24,000 bases of DNA. It comes from Planctomycetota bacterium. GTDB lineage: Bacteria; Planctomycetota; MHYJ01; JACQXL01. The stretch covers positions 24,829 through 48,828 of the forward strand of contig JAZDFB010000016.1 in the NCBI GenBank assembly GCA_043808305.1, in the 5' to 3' direction. The notes below the pieces were generated by a model. The model was not told the DNA's origin and did not search any database. It saw only the letters and a list, made by a program, of their open reading frames with translations. Made by a program: the position numbers and the translations under genes. Positions within the stretch are counted from its first letter, which is position 1. Every line of letters begins with the position of its first letter. Of the stretch, positions 23,593 to 24,000 are shown one piece after another.

Positions 23593-24000
23593 CTATTTCT
23601 TTGAGGTCTCTGTGCCTCTGTGGCTATTTAGAAATTCATATATTGTTTGTATTGGAACTATTCCTGCCATCGTAGTAATAAGTTGTCCGTTATGCACATT
23701 GACCCAAACCGCTATCCCGATTACTTCGAATGTCTTACTGTCATAGACGGGTCCCCCGGAATTTCCGGGTAATATGGGTGCAGATATCCCCCAATAAGAA
23801 TCCTCAATAACCGAAATGATGCCGTATGAAGGGCGCACCTTCAAGCCCAGAGAACATCCAACGGCATAAACAGGACTAAAGAGATACGGCGTGTAATCTT
23901 TAGGAGCCAGTATCGCCGAATAAGACAGTTTCTTTGATGGTTTGATTAAAGCCAAGTCCTTTATTGTATCTGTGACTAGGACAGTTGCTTCTATCGCTAT
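23593..24000 (-). CDS. Trypsin-like (S1/DegP-type) serine protease; the N-terminal part lies beyond the right window edge
   Basis: Catalytic Ser motif PGNSGGPV. The frame stays open upstream of the track's TTG start to position 24000 (IAIEATVLVTDTIKDLALIKP), giving the catalytic Asp motif DLALIK. No PDZ domain follows. Confidence 0.8.
   Translation of the reverse strand: MAIEATVLVTDTIKDLALIKPSKKLSYSAILAPKDYTPYLFSPVYAVGCSLGLKVRPSYGIISVIEDSYWGISAPILPGNSGGPVYDSKTFEVIGIAVWVNVHNGQLITTMAGIVPIQTIYEFLNSHRGTETSKK

Noticed and set aside
21244-24000. Calling the right-end cluster a prophage
   Set aside because: The window contains no integrase, terminase, portal, tail tube or att-like direct repeats. 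Only the fibre-like architecture is phage-reminiscent, so I report the cluster as a system of unknown nature.

Overview
Chromosomal segment from a diderm bacterium, probably an uncultured lineage. I had no database access, so all family calls rest on motifs I recognise in the translations. Left third, minus strand: one long gene string of sugar-phosphate nucleotidyltransferase, pilM, pilN, pilO, a 549-aa protein in the PilP position, pilQ secretin, a DUF2344 radical-SAM-linked protein and a WbqC-family gene. The WbqC gene runs off the left edge and is missing from the ORF track. Middle: a TRAM-less miaB-like gene, ribD, an MFS transporter, a small HExxH zincin, DUF1846/UPF0371, obg, a Wza-like polysaccharide exporter, tilS and a SAM methyltransferase. 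It also holds a tightly coupled 4-gene operon: isochorismatase-like hydrolase, FAD oxidoreductase, RlmN/Cfr-like radical SAM enzyme and an AT-rich membrane protein. Right end, minus strand: an accessory-looking cluster of a trypsin-like serine protease (partial), a 31-aa ORF, a 268-aa protein of unknown family and a 366-aa fibre-like decapeptide-repeat protein. An orphan 3' fragment of a diverged paralogue of the fibre gene follows. The most unusual signal is a family of modular, nested-hairpin repeats of REP/MITE type. Two copies lie inside coding regions without breaking the frame, in opposite orientations, which resembles Rickettsia palindromic elements. One copy is intergenic, and a divergent relative abuts the orphan fragment. 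Other signals: strong gene-by-gene GC mosaicism, 9-bp-phased short repeats in several intergenic regions, and a recurrent tcccgc-N4-gcggga hairpin. I saw no rRNA, tRNA, CRISPR array, transposase, integrase or reverse transcriptase.
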